Below are positions 43,688-56,411 of a stretch of DNA of 64,000 bases, in pieces. Position 1 is the stretch's first letter; every line of letters starts with the position of its first letter. The translations under genes and the position numbers were made by a program. The notes beneath the pieces are model-generated. The model searched no databases and had not been told where the DNA came from. It saw only the letters and a list, made by a program, of their open reading frames with translations. The stretch is from an uncultured Planctomycetaceae bacterium (GTDB taxonomy: Bacteria > Planctomycetota > Planctomycetia > Planctomycetales > Planctomycetaceae), in the NCBI GenBank assembly GCA_963813715.1, contig CAWFAK010000017.1, positions 160,001 through 224,000 on the forward strand. Direction: 5' to 3'.

Positions 43688-46600
43688 ATGGTCAACATCT
43701 GGAAGCAATCTTTGAGGGGCAGACGGTTCAATTTCTTTTTGGGCCGTTCCAGGTCGCGGCCGCGTCGCCGACAAAGTCGGATCTATTCCGGAAGGACGTC
43801 GGCGATCGAGTGTCTGGAAAACCGCACGATGCTGGCGGCCACCATGTTGGCTTTCGCCCAGCAGCCCTCCGCGGGAATAGCCGGCCAAGGACTGGCCAAC
43901 ATCAAGATCGATGTCGAAGACTCAACCGGCACTGTCGTGAAGACGGACACGTCGACCGTCACGATTTCGGTCGCCAGCGGGCCCGGCGGATTCGCCGTCG
44001 GCAGCACGACGAGCGTGGCGGCCGTTAAAGGCGTGGCGACGTTCAACAACCTGATCCTCGATACGGCAGGCACCTACACGCTGACGGTGATCGACGGAAC
44101 GCTGACCGGCGCGACTTCCACGAACATCGTCGTCAGCGCCGCGGCCGCCAGCCAATTGGCGTTCCAGCAGGTCCCGACGACAGGAACCGCCGGCCAGGCG
44201 GTCGCCCCAGCAGTCACCGTCGCCGTTGAAGATGCGTTCGGCAACGTGGTGACGACGAATACGTCGAACGTCAAGATTGCGCTCGCCACCGGCCCCGGTG
44301 GTTTGACGACCGGCAGCACCACGCGAGTCGCGGCGGTCAACGGCGTGGCGACATTCAACAACCTGGTCCTCGATACGGCCGGCGCTTACACGCTCCAGGC
44401 GACCGACAATTCGTTGACGGCGTCCATTTCGAGCAACATCACGATCAATTCCGGAACGTCGACCCAACTCGCGTACTCAAAACTCGCCACGACGGGAACG
44501 GCCGGCCAAGCGCTTTCTCCCGCGATCCAGGTCGCCGTCGAGGACGCGTTTGGCAATGTCGTCACGACCGACGCGTCCACCGTCACGATCGCCGTTGCCA
44601 CTGGGCCGGGCGGATTCACCGGAAGCACGACCAGCGTGGCAGCCGTCGGCGGCGTGGCGACATTCAACAATCTGGTTCTCGATACAGCAGGGACCTACAC
44701 GCTGACCTCGACCGATGGCAGCCTGACGAATGTCACCTCGGGCAATATCGTGATCGCCGCCGCCTCGGCCAGTCAATTGGTCGATCAGCTGGTTCCCACG
44801 ACAGGGACCGCCGGGCAAGCCCTCAGTCCTTCCCTCAAGGTGGCCGTAGAAGATGCCTTCGGAAATTTGGTGACGACCGATACCTCCACGGTGACGATTG
44901 GTGTCGCAAGCGGGCCCGGCGGATTTACCGGAAGCACAACCAGCACGAGCGCCGTGAGCGGCATCGCCATTTTCAGCAATCTGTACTTGGATACGGCGGG
45001 GACCTACACACTGACGGCGACCGATGGCACGCTGAAAAGCGTGACCAGCGGAAGTATCGTCATTAGCGCCACAACCGCCAGCCAGCTGGCGTATCAACAA
45101 ATTGTCACCACGGGAACCGCGGGCCAGGCGCTCGCTCCGGCGGTCACCGTGGCGGTCGAAGATGCGTTCGGCAACGTGGTGATGACAAATACATCGACCG
45201 TCAAGATTGCGGTCGCTAGCGGCCCGGGCGGATTCATTGGCAGCACAACGAACGTCGCGGCAGTCAACGGCGTGGCCACGTTCAGCAACCTGGTCTTGGA
45301 TACGGCGGGGACATACACCCTTCACGCAACCGACGGTTCGCTGACTGCCGTCACCTCGGGCAACATCACGGTCGACGCGGCGGCTGCGACCCAATTGGTT
45401 TATGAGCAGGCGCCGACACCGGTCACGGCTGGCCAGGCGATCGCCCCTGCGGTGCAAGTGGCCGTGGAGGATGTGTTCGGCAATGTCGTCACGACCGACA
45501 CCTCGACAGTGATGATCGCGGTCGCCACCGGTCCCGGCGGGTTTATCGCGGGCAGCACGACCAACGTCGCGGCCGTCGGCGGAGTGGCCACCTTCAACAA
45601 TCTGATATTGGGCACAGCCGGGAACTACACCCTGACGGCGACCGACGGCGCGCTGACGAGCGTGACTTCGGCCAGATTCGCGGTGAGTGTGGCGCCTGCC
45701 AGTCAATTGGTCTATACGCGATCGGTCTCGACGGGGACGGCCGGGCAAGCCCTCAGTCCGTCCCTCACCGTGGCGGTGGAGGACGCCTTCGGCAACCTGA
45801 TCTCGACCGACACCTCGACCGTGACGATTGCCGTCGCGAGCGGGCCCGGCGGGTTCGACGTCGCGAGTACCACCAGCGCGGTCGCCGCGAGTGGTGTTGC
45901 CACGTTCAGCAATCTGCTCCTGGACACGTCCGGGACGTACACGCTGACGGTGACCGACGGAACGCTGACGAGCGCGACTTCGCCCAACATTCTCGTCAGC
46001 GCGGCAACGGCCAGCCAATTGCTGTATCAGCAGATCGTCAACACGGGCACGGCGGGCCAGGCCCTGGCTCCGGCGGTCACCGTCGTCGTGGAAGATGCGT
46101 TCGGTAACGTCGTCACCTCCGACACATCGAATATCAAGATCGCAGTCGCTAGCGGTCCGGACGGATTCACCGGCAGCACCACGAATGTCGCCGCCGTCAG
46201 CGGCGTGGCTACGTTCAACAACCTGGTCCTCGACACGGCTGGGAGCTACTCGCTCCAGGCCACGGACGGTTCGCTGACGGCGGCCATCTCGGGCAACATC
46301 ACGATCAATCCGGCCGCCTCGTCGCAATTGGTTTATGAGCAGGCGCCGACACCGGTCACGGTGGGTCAGACCATTGCCCCGGCGGTTCAAGTCGCCGTGG
46401 AGGACGCGTTCGGCAATGTGATCACGAGTGACACGTCCACCGTGACGATCGCAGTCGCGAGCGGGCCGGGCGGATTCACCGCGGGAAGCACGACCAGCGT
46501 CGCGGCCGTCGCCGGAGTGGCCACCTTCGATCCTCTGGTGTTGGACACGTCCGGGAACTACAGCCTGACCGCGACGGACGGCGCTCTGGCGAGCGTCACT

Positions 46601-49600
46601 TCCAAGAAGTTTGCGGTCAGCACGGCGCCGGCCAGCCAACTGGTCTATACCCGCGTGGCGACGACGGGGACGGCAGGCCAGATACTCCGCCCGACGTTGC
46701 GCGTGTCGGTGGAAGACGCGTTCGGCAACGTGGTGACGAGCGATACTTCGACAATCACAGTCGCGGTCGAGAGCGGGCCCGGCGACTTCGACCCGGCGAG
46801 CACGACCAGCGTCGCGACGACGAACGGAGTCGCCAAACTCACCAACCTCATCTTGGACACCGCCGGAACGTACACGCTCGTCGCCAGCAACGGGACGTTG
46901 CCGAGTAGCGTCTCCGGCGACATCGTGGTCAGTGCGGCCTCGGCAAGTCAACTCGTGCTCGAGCAGGCGCCGACGACGGGAATCGCCGGACAAGCGCTGA
47001 GTCCTTCCGTTACGGTCGAGGTGGAAGACGCCTTCGGCAACTTGGCGACTGCCAACACGTCGACGGTGAAGATCGCCGTCGCGAGCGGACCCGGCGGATT
47101 CGACACTGCATCCACGACGAGCGCAGCGGTCACGGGCGGCATCGCTACGTTCAGCAATCTCATCCTGGATACGCCTGGGCAGTACACATTTTCGCTGAGC
47201 GACGGCAAGCTGACGGGCGCGACCACCGGCACGATCAACATCGGTTCGGGTACTGCTTCCCAACTGGTTCTCCAGCAGTCGCCGACGAGCGGGACGGCCG
47301 GACAGGCGCTGAGTCCGTCGATCACGGTGACTGTCGAAGACGCCGTCGGCAATGTGCTCACGAGCGATTCGTCGACGGTGACCGTGTCCATCGCGACCGG
47401 GCCGGGCGGGTTGGACTCCGGCAGCACGACCAGCGTCACCGTAGTCAACGGGATCGCCACATTCAGCAATGTGATCCTGGATACCGCGGGCAGCTACACG
47501 CTGTCTCTGAGTGACGGCACCCTCACGGCGGCAACGACCGGCACGATCACCATCATTGCGGGATCGGCAACTCAGTTGGTGCTGCAGCAGTCGCCGACGA
47601 GCGGGACGGCCGGCCAGGCGCTGAGCCCGTCGGTCACGGTGGCTGTCGAGGACTCCTTCGGCAACGTGATCACAGGCGATACTTCGACTGTGACGGTTGC
47701 CGTTGCCACGGGACCGGCCGGCTTCGACGCCGGCAGCACGACGAGTATGGCGGCGGTGGGTGGCGTGGCGACGTTCAGCAACTTGCTATTTGACACTACG
47801 GGCAACTACACGCTCTCCGTCAGCGATGGCGGCTTGACTCGCGCGACGACGGGTTCGATCACGATCAGTCCCGCGACGGCCAGCCAATTGGTGCTAGAGC
47901 AGTCACCGACGACGGGGACCGCCGGACAGGCGCTGGCTCCCTCCCTCACGGTGACCGTCGAAGACTCCTTCGGGAACGTGGTCACAAGCGACGCCTCGAC
48001 TGTGACGGTCGCGGTTGCCACTGGACCTGCCGGTTTCGCGGTCGGCAGCACGACCAACGTGACGCCGGTGAGTGGCGTGGCAACCTTCAGCAATTTGGTG
48101 CTCGACACCGCGGGCAACTACACGCTCTCCGTCAGCGACGGCGGATTGACCGGCGTCACCACGGGTTCGATCACGATCAGCGCGGGGTTGGCGAGCCAAC
48201 TGGTGCTCCAGCAGTCGCCGACTAGCGGCACCGCGGGGCAGGCATCGGCGCCCTGCAGGTGGCGGTCGAAGACAGCTTCGGCAACGTAATCACCGGCGAC
48301 ACCTCGACCGTGACGGTCACGGTTGCCACGGGACCAGCCGGCTTCACGACCGGCAGCACCACCAGCGCCACGGTGGCAGGCGGCATCGCGACACTCAGCA
48401 ATTTGATCCTAGACACCACGGGCAACTACACGCTTTCTCTCAGTGACACGGGATTGACCGGCATTACGACGGGTTCGATCACGATCAGCCCGACCTCGGC
48501 GAGCCAATTAGTGCTCCAGCAGTCCCCGACGAGCGGCACGGCCGGTCAAGCACTTAATGCACTCAAGGTTGCGGTCGAAGACACCTTCGGCAACATGGTC
48601 ACAAGCGACACCTCCACTGTGATGATTTCCGTTGCCACGGGACCATCCGGATTTGCAGCCGGCAGCACCACCAGCGTAGCGGCAGTGAGCGGCGTGGCGA
48701 CGTTCAGCAATTTGCTCTTTGACACGACCGGCAATTACACGCTCTCTGTCAGCGACGGCGGCTTGACTGGGGCGACCACGGGTTCGATCACGATCAGCCC
48801 CGCAGTTGCCAGCAAACTGGTGGTCCAGCAGTCGCCGACTGGCGGCACGGCCGGGCAGGCGCTCAGTGCGCTTAAGATTGCTGTGGAGGACGCCTTCGGG
48901 AATGTGATGACGGGCGACAGCTCGACTGTTATGGTCGCCGTCGCCACCGGACCCGGCGGATTTGCCACCGGCAGCACAACCAGCGCGGCCGCCGTGAACG
49001 GCGTGGCCACCTTGAGCAATCTGACTTTGGACACGGCCGGAACATACACCCTGATAGTGACCGACGGGACGCTGACGAGCGCGACTTCCGGCAACGTTGT
49101 CGTCAGCCCGGCAACCGCGAGCCAACTGGCTTACCAACAGACGCCCACAACGGGCGCGACCGGGCAGCCGCTCAGTCCTGCAGTCGTGGTCGATATCGAA
49201 GACACTTTCGGCAACATCGTGACGAGCAACACGTCGAGCGTCACGATCGCCGTCGCGAGCGGGCCGGGCGGGTTCGCCACCGGGAGCACAACCAGCGTGT
49301 CGGCCGCGGGCGGTGTGGCCACGTTCAGCAACCTGATGCTGAATACCGCTGGCAACTACACGCTGAGCGTGAGCGACGGCACTCTCACCGGCGTGACGTC
49401 GACCAGCATTACGGTCGGAATGAGCCCGCCAGTGATCACCGCGCCCGCGACGGCCTTGGTGAACGAAAACGGATCGTTGGTCTTCTCGGCGAGCAACGGC
49501 AACGCTCTCTCCCTCGCCGATAGCGGCATCGGCCTGAATGCCGACTCGCTCACCATGTCGGTCTCGCAGGGAACGTTGACCCTGGGAACGACGAACGGGC

Positions 49601-51498
49601 TGGTCTTTTCGTCCGGCAGCAACGGCGCCGCCTCATTCACGGTCAAGGGCACCGTCACGAATATCGATGCAGCCTTGAGCAGCGTGACCTATCAACCGAA
49701 CGCCAATTACGCGGGCTCGGACTCGCTCGCAATCTCGGCCTCGGATCCGGGAGACAGCAAGTCGGCGTCGACCAGCGTCGCACTGACAGTCAGCCCCGGT
49801 GTGCCGGCGATCACCGCCCCGGTTTCGGCAGTGTTGAGCGAGAACGGTTCGCTCGTCTTCTCGTCGTCTAACGGCAATGCGATCAGTTTCGTCGATGCCG
49901 GCCCGGGCGCGGATTCGCTCACGCTCACGGTCACGCACGGGACGTTGACGCTGACGACAACCACCGGGTTGACGTTCACCGGCTCGAACGGATCGGCCTC
50001 GTTCACCGTGACCGGATCGGTCGCCAATCTCAATGCGGCGCTGAACGGACTGACCTATCAACCGGCGACGCGTTACTCCGGCTCCGATTCGCTGGCCGTT
50101 TCGCTGACCGATGCGGGTGACAGCCTCTCGGTCTCGAAGAGTGTGGCGCTGACGATCAACGGCCTCGCGCCTCCGTCGATCGGGGCTCCGGCAACGGCCT
50201 CTGTGGTCCTGAACGGATCGCTCGTCTTCTCGTCGGCCAATGGCAATCCGATCTCGGTCTCCGATACGGCCGCGGGCGGCAGCTCCGACTCGCTTACGCT
50301 CGGTGTCACGAACGGAACGCTGACGCTCTCCACGACGACGGGTTTGACCTTTACGGCCGGCACCAACGGCTCGTCTTCCTTCACGGTCAGCGGAACGATG
50401 ACGAATCTTAACGCGGCCCTGAGCGGTCTGACTTATCAGCCGACGGCCGGCTACTCGGGCGTCGCGTCGCTGACGATTTCGATCGCGGATCCGGGGGACA
50501 GCGAATCGGCGTCGAAAAGCGTGGCGCTCACCGTTAACGCCCCCACAATCACGGCTCCCTCTTCCGCCGCGGTCGGCATGAGTGGCACGCTGGTATTCTC
50601 CGCAGCGAACGGGAACGCCATCACGGTGGCAGATTCCGGCCCGGGTGCCAGCTCCGATTCGCTGACCCTGTCGGCCTCGTCCGGGACGCTCACGCTCTCC
50701 ACCACGGCCGGATTGACGATTACGGCGGGCGCAAACGGCTCGGCCTCGATCACTGTGACCGGATCCGTGGCCAGTCTTAATGCAGCCCTCAACGGACTGA
50801 CGTATCAGCCGACGTCCGCCTACAAAGGGTCCGATTCGCTGGTCATTTCGCTCAATGACTCAGTCGATCGCCTTTCAGCCTCCGCGAGCGTGGCCCTCAG
50901 CAGCCTGGCCGCAATCACGGCCCCCACGACGGCGGTGACCGCGATCACCAATCCGCTGGTCTTCGCGACTGGGAACAGGTTCGGGTACGCAATCAGCATT
51001 GCCGACGTCAGCGCGGGCAGCGCGGTCGAACCGCTCACACTGACGTCGACGGATGGAAAGCTGACTTTGGGATCCACGAGCGGCATCACCTTTACGTCGG
51101 GTGCCAACAATTCGGCCTCGATGACGATCAATGGCACGCTGGCCGCGCTGAATGCCGCCCTCAATGGCCTGATCTTCTCGCCGGCGCTGATCGGGAACGC
51201 AACGATTGTCCTCTCATATGCGGACGTTGGTGACGGCCAGATGGCTTCGGCGACGATTGACATCACGGTGACAAAGGGTGTCACGAAGCTGGGAACAGGA
51301 TCCCCGGTGAGTCCCCCTGCCCCTCTGCTTGCCGCGCCCGCGAGTTCGGTCACTGCTCCGACCGGGGCAGGTACCATTTCCACCGCGAATCCGACAGTTG
51401 CCAGCCAAACGACGGACAACAGCACGCCGCCGCCCGATGTCGAAACGAGTCCCGACATCGAAGTCACTTCGCCGGCCGGCCTCCAAACTCGGCTGTAA
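43688..51498 (+). CDS. Giant repetitive surface protein/adhesin (~2600 aa; frameshift near 48255)
   Basis: Arg-rich leader + IECLENRTML; 18 ~104-aa VEDAFGN Ig-like repeats; 5 ~120-aa ITAP..LNAAL.GLTYQP repeats; Pro/Thr tail. Confidence 0.9.
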
Positions 51499-51671
51499 GG
51501 AAGTGGGACCGGGTACACGTAGGTAGCGGGAATGTTCGAACGGGGCGTTCGTGCCTCGCACGCGGGCGCCAGCGCTTGCAACGGCGTGCCGACGGACCTG
51601 CGGCACACGCATCGAAGCCCTCAGCAGGTCCCGCCTAGTCCACACCGACGGAAGCGTCAGAGGTAAGCCCG

Positions 51672-52328
51672 GTGACACAGTCCGTGAACGACCTCGTCAA
51701 TGCATTCCTGCTGGTCTATGCGGGATTATTCCCAATCGTCAATCCGATCGGCGCCGCGCCGATTTTCTTCGGCCTGACCCGAGATTGCACCGCCAACGAA
51801 CGTCGCGCTCTTGCCTTGCAAGTCGCGCTCAACAGTTTCGTGCTGCTCCTCGGCTCGCTGTTCGTCGGCTCGTATGTGCTCGAGTTCTTTGGTCTGACCT
51901 TACCGATCGTGCGTGTGGCTGGTGGGCTCGTCGTGGCCGCGGCCGGGTGGAATGTTCTCCAAGCGGGAGATAGCGGGGACGACGAGCGGACCGGGCATAA
52001 ACCTGTCGTACCGACGGACGCATTTTATCCTCTCACAATGCCGATGACCGTGGGACCGGGGTCGATCGCGGTGGCCATCACGCTCGGCAGCCAGCGACCC
52101 CGGGCGCCCCTTGCTGATGTGACCTTACTCGCGGGCGCGGCCGTCGCCGGACTGATCGCAATCGCCGCCACCATTTACGTGTGCTACCGGTTTGCCGGCG
52201 GGGCCATCGGGCGACTGGGCAAGCACGGGACAAATGTGGTGGTGCGGCTGTCGGCCTTCATCCTCTTGTGCATCGGCATCGAAATTATTTGGAGCGGTTG
52301 CAGTGCCCTCGCGCATGTTGCTCGCTAG
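51672..52328 (+). CDS. MarC family membrane protein
   Basis: LFPIVNPIG, VAGGL, YPLTMPMTVGPGSI, RLSAFILLCIGI. Confidence 0.92.
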   Translation: MTQSVNDLVNAFLLVYAGLFPIVNPIGAAPIFFGLTRDCTANERRALALQVALNSFVLLLGSLFVGSYVLEFFGLTLPIVRVAGGLVVAAAGWNVLQAGDSGDDERTGHKPVVPTDAFYPLTMPMTVGPGSIAVAITLGSQRPRAPLADVTLLAGAAVAGLIAIAATIYVCYRFAGGAIGRLGKHGTNVVVRLSAFILLCIGIEIIWSGCSALAHVAR

Positions 52329-52447
52329 GACCAGTGCCGCATTGACCGGCACTGGGGCCACATCTATCACTCGGACGCGAATTACCGGCATCTAGGAATG
52401 CCCTCGCTTCTCGCCGCAACGACCCTGATTTCGACGCAGTCATCCAT

Positions 52448-52496
52448 TGAAATTACAAGTTTCATTACTTGACTTTTGTAACAATGTCGCTAAGAT
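52448..52496 (+). promoter_or_regulatory. Sigma70-like promoter with inverted repeats (candidate TetR operator)
   Basis: TTGACT-16bp-TAAGAT; TTACAA (52453) / TTGTAA (52476) and TGAAA/TTTCA inverted pairs in an AT-rich patch. Confidence 0.6.
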
Positions 52497-52529
52497 TGCC
52501 CCCTGTCCACCTGGAAAAGGAGCAATCCA

Positions 52530-53417
52530 ATGAATGACGCAACTCTCGGCGGCCGGTTCACGTTCCCTGGGACGTCCCTGACGGTTCAACGGATCGGCTA
52601 TGGCGCGATGCAACTGGCTGGGCCCGGTGTGTGGGGGCCGCCCAAGGACCCCGACGGTGCCGTCGCCGTGCTTCGCGAGGCAGTCGCCGCCGGCGTGAAC
52701 CACATCGACACGTCCGACTTCTACGGCCCGCACGTGACCAACCAAATCATTCGGCAGGCGCTGCACCCGTACCCGTCCCAGTTGGTGATCGTCACCAAGC
52801 TCGGCTGCCGTCGTCCGCCGGACAAGTCGTGGGAGCCGGCCGTCTCACCCCAGGACCTGACCGAGGGCGTCCATGATAACCTTCGCAATCTGGGTTTGGA
52901 CGTGCTCGACATCGTCAACTACCGCGCGCTGGGGACGATTCACGGCCCCAAGGAGGGGCCTATCGCCGAGCAAGTGACGGTGCTCGCCGACCTGCGGCGC
53001 AAGGGGCTGATTCGCCACGTTGGTCTCAGCAACGTCACGGCCGCCCAGATCGCCGAGGCACAGGCGATCACCGACATCGTTTGCGTGCAGAACAACTACA
53101 ATCTGGCCAACCGCCACGACGATGCTCTGATCGACGACCTGGCCACGCAGGGCATCCCCTACGTGCCCTTCTTTCCGCTCGGCGGATTCACGCCGCTGCA
53201 GTCGTCCACGCTGTCAGACGTCGCGGGCCGGCTCGGCGCCACTCCGATGCAGATCGCGCTGGCGTGGCTGCTCCACCGCTCGCCTAACATCCTGCTGATT
53301 CCTGGCACGTCGTCGGTCGCCCACCTGCGCGAGAACCTGGCCGCAGGGCAGTTGACGCTCTCACCTCAAGTTTTGTCGGAGTTGGACGGAATCGCCTCGA
53401 CCGCGGTTGGGCACTAA
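52530..53417 (+). CDS. Aldo/keto reductase
   Basis: IGYGAMQL, HIDTSDFYG, GLSNV, VQNNYN, LLIPGTSS.AHLREN. Confidence 0.95.
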   Translation: MNDATLGGRFTFPGTSLTVQRIGYGAMQLAGPGVWGPPKDPDGAVAVLREAVAAGVNHIDTSDFYGPHVTNQIIRQALHPYPSQLVIVTKLGCRRPPDKSWEPAVSPQDLTEGVHDNLRNLGLDVLDIVNYRALGTIHGPKEGPIAEQVTVLADLRRKGLIRHVGLSNVTAAQIAEAQAITDIVCVQNNYNLANRHDDALIDDLATQGIPYVPFFPLGGFTPLQSSTLSDVAGRLGATPMQIALAWLLHRSPNILLIPGTSSVAHLRENLAAGQLTLSPQVLSELDGIASTAVGH

Positions 53418-53432
53418 TCAGGAGAGCAAAAC

Positions 53433-54323
53433 ATGCGAGTTTTCCTCACGGGCGCTACAGGGTTTATCGGCTCTGCCATCGTTGGGGAACTCATCGGCGC
53501 GGGCCATCAGGTTCTGGGTCTTGCTCGCTCAGAGGCGGCCGCGAAGCAGCTGACTGCCGCTGGTGCCGAGCCGCATCGAGGTGATCTTCAAGACCTGGAC
53601 AGCCTGCGCAGCGGGGCCACTGCCTCGGATGGCGTCATTCACACAGGCTTCATCCACGACTTCTCGAGATTCAAGGAAGTCTGTGAGGTCGATGAGCGCG
53701 CCATTGAGGCCCTGGGCTCCGCGCTCGTTGGCTCTCACCGCCCGTTGATCGTCACTTCTGGGACCGCGCTGGTTTCGCCGGGTCGCCTTGCGACAGAAGA
53801 CATTCCGCCCGCGCCCAAAACCAGCGTTCCCCGTGCTTCCGAAGCCGCAGCAGCTGCGGTGGCGGCGCGCGGCGTGCGCGTGGCGGTGGTACGCCTTTCT
53901 CCTTCGGTTCATGGCGACGGTGATCACGGCTTCGTCCCAATTCTGATCAACATGGCCCGCGAAAAGGGCGTTTCCGCCTATGTCGGCGACGGATCAAATC
54001 GCTGGAACGCGGTGCACCGGCTCGATGCTGCCCGTCTTTTCAGGCTGGCTCTCGAGAAAGGGGCCGCAGGAGCGCGGTATCACGGAGTCGCCGAAGAGGG
54101 CGTGCCCTTCCGTGAGATCGCGGGCGTGATCGGCCGACGCTTGAAGCTGCCCGTCGTCGCCAAGTCACTCGAGGAGGCAGCCGGCCACTTTGGCTGGTTC
54201 GCGCATTTCGCCGCAATCGACTGCCCAGCCTCGAGTCAGCGAACTCGGGAATTGCTGGGGTGGGAGCCGACGAGGCCCGGACTGATTGCCGACCTCGACC
54301 GGCTCAAATATTTCGAGAATTGA
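53433..54323 (+). CDS. NAD-dependent epimerase/atypical SDR
   Basis: [29 protein letters not shown]. Confidence 0.93.
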   Translation: MRVFLTGATGFIGSAIVGELIGAGHQVLGLARSEAAAKQLTAAGAEPHRGDLQDLDSLRSGATASDGVIHTGFIHDFSRFKEVCEVDERAIEALGSALVGSHRPLIVTSGTALVSPGRLATEDIPPAPKTSVPRASEAAAAAVAARGVRVAVVRLSPSVHGDGDHGFVPILINMAREKGVSAYVGDGSNRWNAVHRLDAARLFRLALEKGAAGARYHGVAEEGVPFREIAGVIGRRLKLPVVAKSLEEAAGHFGWFAHFAAIDCPASSQRTRELLGWEPTRPGLIADLDRLKYFEN

Positions 54324-54334
54324 AGGAGAACAAT

Positions 54335-55057
54335 ATGCCGAAGGTGGCACTCGTCACGGGAGCGAATAAGGGCATCGGGTTTGAAGTCGCGCGACGGCTT
54401 GCCGGGAGCGGACTGACCGTCCTGCTGGGAGCACGCAACGCGGAGTTGGGACACGAAGCGGCGGCGAAGATGAAGCGCGAAAACCTCGATGCGCGGTTCG
54501 TGGAGCTCGATCTTCTCCGCCAAGAGACGATCGAAGCCGCATCCATCCTGATCGAGAAAGACTTCCAGCGTCTCGATATCCTAATCAACAATGCGGGGAT
54601 TGCTGACCCCTCGGACGGGTTGCCCAGCACCGCGAGCTTCGCCGCAGTGCGGCGCACGTTGGAGACCAATTTTCTGGGAACGTTGGCTGTCACGCAGGTC
54701 CTGCTGCCTCTTTTGAAAAAGGCCGAGGCCGGACGCATCGTGAACGTCTCCAGCAGCCTGGGTTCGTTGACGCATCAGGGCAATCCGGCATGGAGTTCTG
54801 CTTCGACCAAGTTCATCGGTTATAGCGCGTCAAAAGCAGCTCTCAACATGCTGACGGTGCACTTGGCCTATGAGCTTCGGGACACGGCCATCAAAGTGAA
54901 TTCGGCCAATCCCGGCTATACGGCCACGGACCTGAATCAGCATCGCGGACACCAAACGGTTGCGGAGGGCGCCGAAGAAATCCTTCGGTTGGCGCTGCTG
55001 CCGGTCGACGGGCCCACCGGCGGCTTCTTTGAAAAATCCGGCGCGGAGCCCTGGTGA
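54335..55057 (+). CDS. Classical SDR oxidoreductase (carbonyl reductase-like)
   Basis: TGANKGIG, NNAG, YSASK, NPGYTATDLN. Confidence 0.93.
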   Translation: MPKVALVTGANKGIGFEVARRLAGSGLTVLLGARNAELGHEAAAKMKRENLDARFVELDLLRQETIEAASILIEKDFQRLDILINNAGIADPSDGLPSTASFAAVRRTLETNFLGTLAVTQVLLPLLKKAEAGRIVNVSSSLGSLTHQGNPAWSSASTKFIGYSASKAALNMLTVHLAYELRDTAIKVNSANPGYTATDLNQHRGHQTVAEGAEEILRLALLPVDGPTGGFFEKSGAEPW

Positions 55058-55077
55058 TAGCATGTCTAGAGGTCTAA

Positions 55078-55706
55078 ATGTCCCCCGCTGACACCCCGCT
55101 GACCCTCGATCGGATCGTCTCTGCTGCGGAGGATGTCCTCCGCCGGTTCGGCCCGGCCAAGGCGACCGTGGTCGACGTCGCCCGGGCATCGGCGTGAGCC
55201 ACGCGGCCGTCTATCGGCACGTGGCGACCAAGGCCGCGCTGCGAGACCTCGTCGTCGGCCGGTGGGCGGAGGCGACCATGCCCCCGCTCCGGGCCATCGC
55301 CGCCTCGAAGAGCCCTGCCCCGCAGCGATTGCGACAGCTTCTCGACGCCCTGATCGCCGTCAAACGCCGCCTCGTCGCTAACGACCCGGAGCTATTCGCC
55401 GCCTATCGGACGCTGGCCGCCGACGCCAAGTCCGTGGTCGACGCCCACGTCGACGAGTTGATCGCGCTGACGGCGATGGTGATCCGCTCCGGCGTGGAGG
55501 AAGGCACGTTCCACACCGTCGACCCGCTGGCCGCCGGCCGGGCAGTGCTGTTCGCTACGTCCCGGTTCCACCACCCGGCCCACGCCACCGAATGGGGCGA
55601 CCCGACCATCGATGCGGCGTACAACGACGTGTGGCAACTGCTGATGGACGGCCTGTGCGTTGCGAAGACGCGTGCGCGCTCGTCTCAGGTGCGGCGACCG
55701 CGTTGA
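55078..55706 (+). CDS. TetR-family regulator (frameshift near 55190)
   Basis: MSPADTPLTLDRIVSAAEDVLRRFGPAKATVVDVARA then GVSHAAVYRH HTH. Confidence 0.9.
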
Positions 55707-56076
55707 GATTATTCCCATTGTTCGCCCCCCCAGATGTTGCCCGCCGCGTCGATGTACACGTCGATCAGCATCTGAATGCCGCTCACCCTTGAATACTCAA
55801 TGGCGTCGGCGTTCAAGGAGTAGGTACAGGATCAGGCTGTCGTATGGCCGCTGAGGCATCGCGTTCGCGAATCGAACCGTTCCTGTCGTCGCGGCGAATT
55901 AAGCGGTCTCGCCGGCTGGTCTTTAACGACGAGCAACGCAAAGCACAGCAGCCGGGCCCGTCGCTCAAGTCTCCCTCTCGCACTCAGGGTCCAAATATTG
56001 CTCTCGTCGTTCCTCCGTTCCGGAACTGATGGACGGGTTTGGGTCTTCGTCTTATTCGCGAGGTGGATCTGCCGCA

Positions 56077-56191
56077 GAGTCGACAATCCTCCCCCAAGGC
56101 AAACGCCGCCTCCCCGAAACCGCCGACCGCGTCGTGAAGCTCTACACGCCTGGGGCAAACCCGAAAAGCCGCCGAATGGCGGCAGAAGATC
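56077..56191 (+). pseudogene. Orphan remnant of a kinase-TPR protein C-terminus
   Basis: With two 1-nt gaps reads ESTILPQGKRRLPETADRVVKLYT-AWGKPEK-AAEWRQKI. Confidence 0.6.
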
Positions 56192-56411
56192 AGGGCTGTT
56201 CCGAAGCCGCGGTGATGGGAGGACCAGAGTGGGCGTTGAGCCGAGTCAGAGAGATTAGGAATGCGTCCTCTTTCTTGGCATCGTAAGACGAGGCTTCCTG
56301 CACATTCGTTCGTCCGACCGACGTGCAAGATCGCCTTGGCTTTTCCCCCTCAACCACCTTAGGAGCATTGGCTAAAACGCGCATTTAGGGATACGATGGA
56401 GGGCTTGGAGA

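Noticed and set aside
2217..47263. Long antisense ORFs (e.g. 2217-3932, 29930-32284, 44477-47263)
   Set aside because: Shadows of real genes in high-GC DNA; no motifs of their own
56090..56190. c-di-GMP-I riboswitch suggested by GGCAAAC..GAAA words
   Set aside because: The second stem is missing; better explained as a kinase-TPR coding remnant
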